A stretch of DNA of 17,462 bases from Methanocellales archaeon (GTDB lineage Archaea > Halobacteriota > JAWCLZ01). The position numbers were made by a program, and so were the translations under genes. The notes below the pieces were generated by a model, which saw only the letters and a list, made by a program, of their open reading frames with translations, searched no databases and was not told the origin of the DNA. Positions within the stretch are counted from its first letter, which is position 1. Each line of letters begins with the position of its first letter. The stretch lies in the NCBI GenBank assembly GCA_038850285.1, contig JAWCMA010000024.1:1-17462 (forward strand), given 5' to 3'. Positions 16,573 through 17,462 of this stretch are shown here, piece by piece.

Positions 16573-17031
16573 GCTGTGGAGAAATGCTGTTTCCCAGCCG
16601 CGCCTTTGTAGATTTCAATGACTTCATTTATAATCAGAGGTAATTCCTCGGACTTGCCTTTTCCTATTCCGCTGCAGATACTGCGAGCACGTGGATCTAT
16701 ATAAATGTAGTACTCCTCATCTTTATAGTAAAATCTCGCTTTATTTCGATCAAAAGATTTTGGCTCCCGGCGAACTATAAATGGCCATAGTTTGCATGCG
16801 GTTGGTTTTAAGTCAAAAAACTGTAACTTGCATAATCCATATTCATTCAATATACATTTTGTTCCATTTTTTTTTCAAACTTGGCTTGCATCTGCTCACT
16901 TCAAGTGCATATGGAGCAAAGTGAAGAATTCTTGCATATTCATATGGATTTAAATACACTGTAAACCCTTTTGTGCAGCAGTTGCCACAAGCTAGGCAGC
17001 TCCACGATGCTATTTCCCTCCACGGTATCAT
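16428..17031 (-). pseudogene. YkgJ/CxxCxxCC family cysteine-cluster protein split by a +1 frameshift at an A9 run
   Basis: The 5' part has SCLACGNCC. Removing one A from the run at 16867-16875 gives LKKNGTKCILNEYGLCKLQFFDLKPTACKLWPF, restoring the C...C...P..C..[YW]PF half of the family in an ORF of about 200 aa. Confidence 0.8.
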
Positions 17032-17183
17032 TTTGGATCTGCATGTTTTTTCTTTTTTCTTTTTTCTTTTTTCTATCTCTTACAATTCTCACTTAATTTG
17101 GTTTTTCATTCTTTTAAAGGCTTTAAGGCTTGTAGTTCCAAGGTCAGAAAATGCCTCAAGAAAAGAAACTTATATTAGTTATA

Positions 17184-17258
17184 TGGGCCCGCGGAGATTC
17201 GAACTCCGGACCTCACGGTTATCAGCCGTGCGCTCCAACCAGGCTAAGCTACGGGCCC
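17184..17258 (-). tRNA. tRNA-Ile (anticodon GAU), intronless, CCA not encoded
   Basis: GGGCCCG/CGGGCCC acceptor stem, D-arm TAGCTTAGCCTGGTTGGAGC, anticodon arm CACGG-CTGATAA-CCGTG, T-arm CGGAG-TTCGAAT-CTCCG, discriminator A. Confidence 0.97.
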
Positions 17259-17286
17259 GCGCCTCGCTTTGAGGTATAGCTGCAAG

Positions 17287-17302
17287 GGTATAAATTGTTT
17301 TT
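17287..17302 (-). promoter_or_regulatory. Putative tRNA promoter (A-rich BRE plus TTTATA)
   Basis: AAAAACAA-TTTATA on the minus strand, about 30 nt upstream of the tRNA 5' end. Confidence 0.55.
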
Positions 17303-17378
17303 GCATTATGATCACCATGGCATTAAAAAATAAAAGGTGAGCTTCTCTTCGCGTGCTGAATCGCTGGAGAGATATATT

Positions 17379-17462
17379 TTATTTCTTTATTTCCTCAGTT
17401 TGCAGCAAGATTATTAATATCAATATTAGGAGGAGGATTGTCCATAAGGTATAGTCGATTAG
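17379..17462 (-). CDS. 3' end of a gene entering from the right edge, probably with a C-terminal membrane anchor
   Basis: An open frame reads LIDYTLWTILLLILILIILLQTEEIKK*, a hydrophobic helix followed by a charged tail. Only 27 codons are visible. Confidence 0.4.
   Translation of the reverse strand, partial: LIDYTLWTILLLILILIILLQTEEIKK

Noticed and set aside
16973-17272. 99-aa plus-strand ORF ending MGPRRFELRTSRLSAVRSNQAKLRA
   Set aside because: This is the typical spurious translation of a tRNA antisense strand plus a low-complexity tract.

Overview
AT-rich archaeal chromosomal window, probably from a Halobacteriota/Methanomicrobia-like euryarchaeon. This is inferred from the CDC48/VCP ATPase, stand-alone RAM protein, split ADP-forming acyl-CoA ligase, class III pilin-like protein, BRE/TATA promoters and a tRNA without encoded CCA. 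The genes are mostly housekeeping or metabolic: M24 peptidase, rlmH, Lrp/AsnC RAM domain, ACD alpha/beta, ferritin-like protein, DUF4013-like membrane protein, pilin-like protein, stand-alone LigD phosphoesterase, cdc48, larC, RNase H-fold protein, DtxR-FeoA plus feoB, B12 radical SAM, AMMECR1-like protein, YkgJ-like Cys-cluster protein and tRNA-Ile(GAU). The ORF track misses several things: a 50-aa rubredoxin-like gene after feoB, a zinc-ribbon gene at the left edge broken by a +1 frameshift, a YkgJ gene split at an A9 run, a probable CTG start, and two DtxR boxes flanking the dtxR-feoA TATA box. The best candidate for an undescribed module is a B12 radical SAM gene set head-to-head, across a symmetric 41-bp double-TATA spacer, with an AMMECR1 paralogue lacking the family's LRGCIG/DPRF motifs. 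It is flanked by small Cys-rich proteins and a tRNA. I see no mobile element, CRISPR array or defence system.
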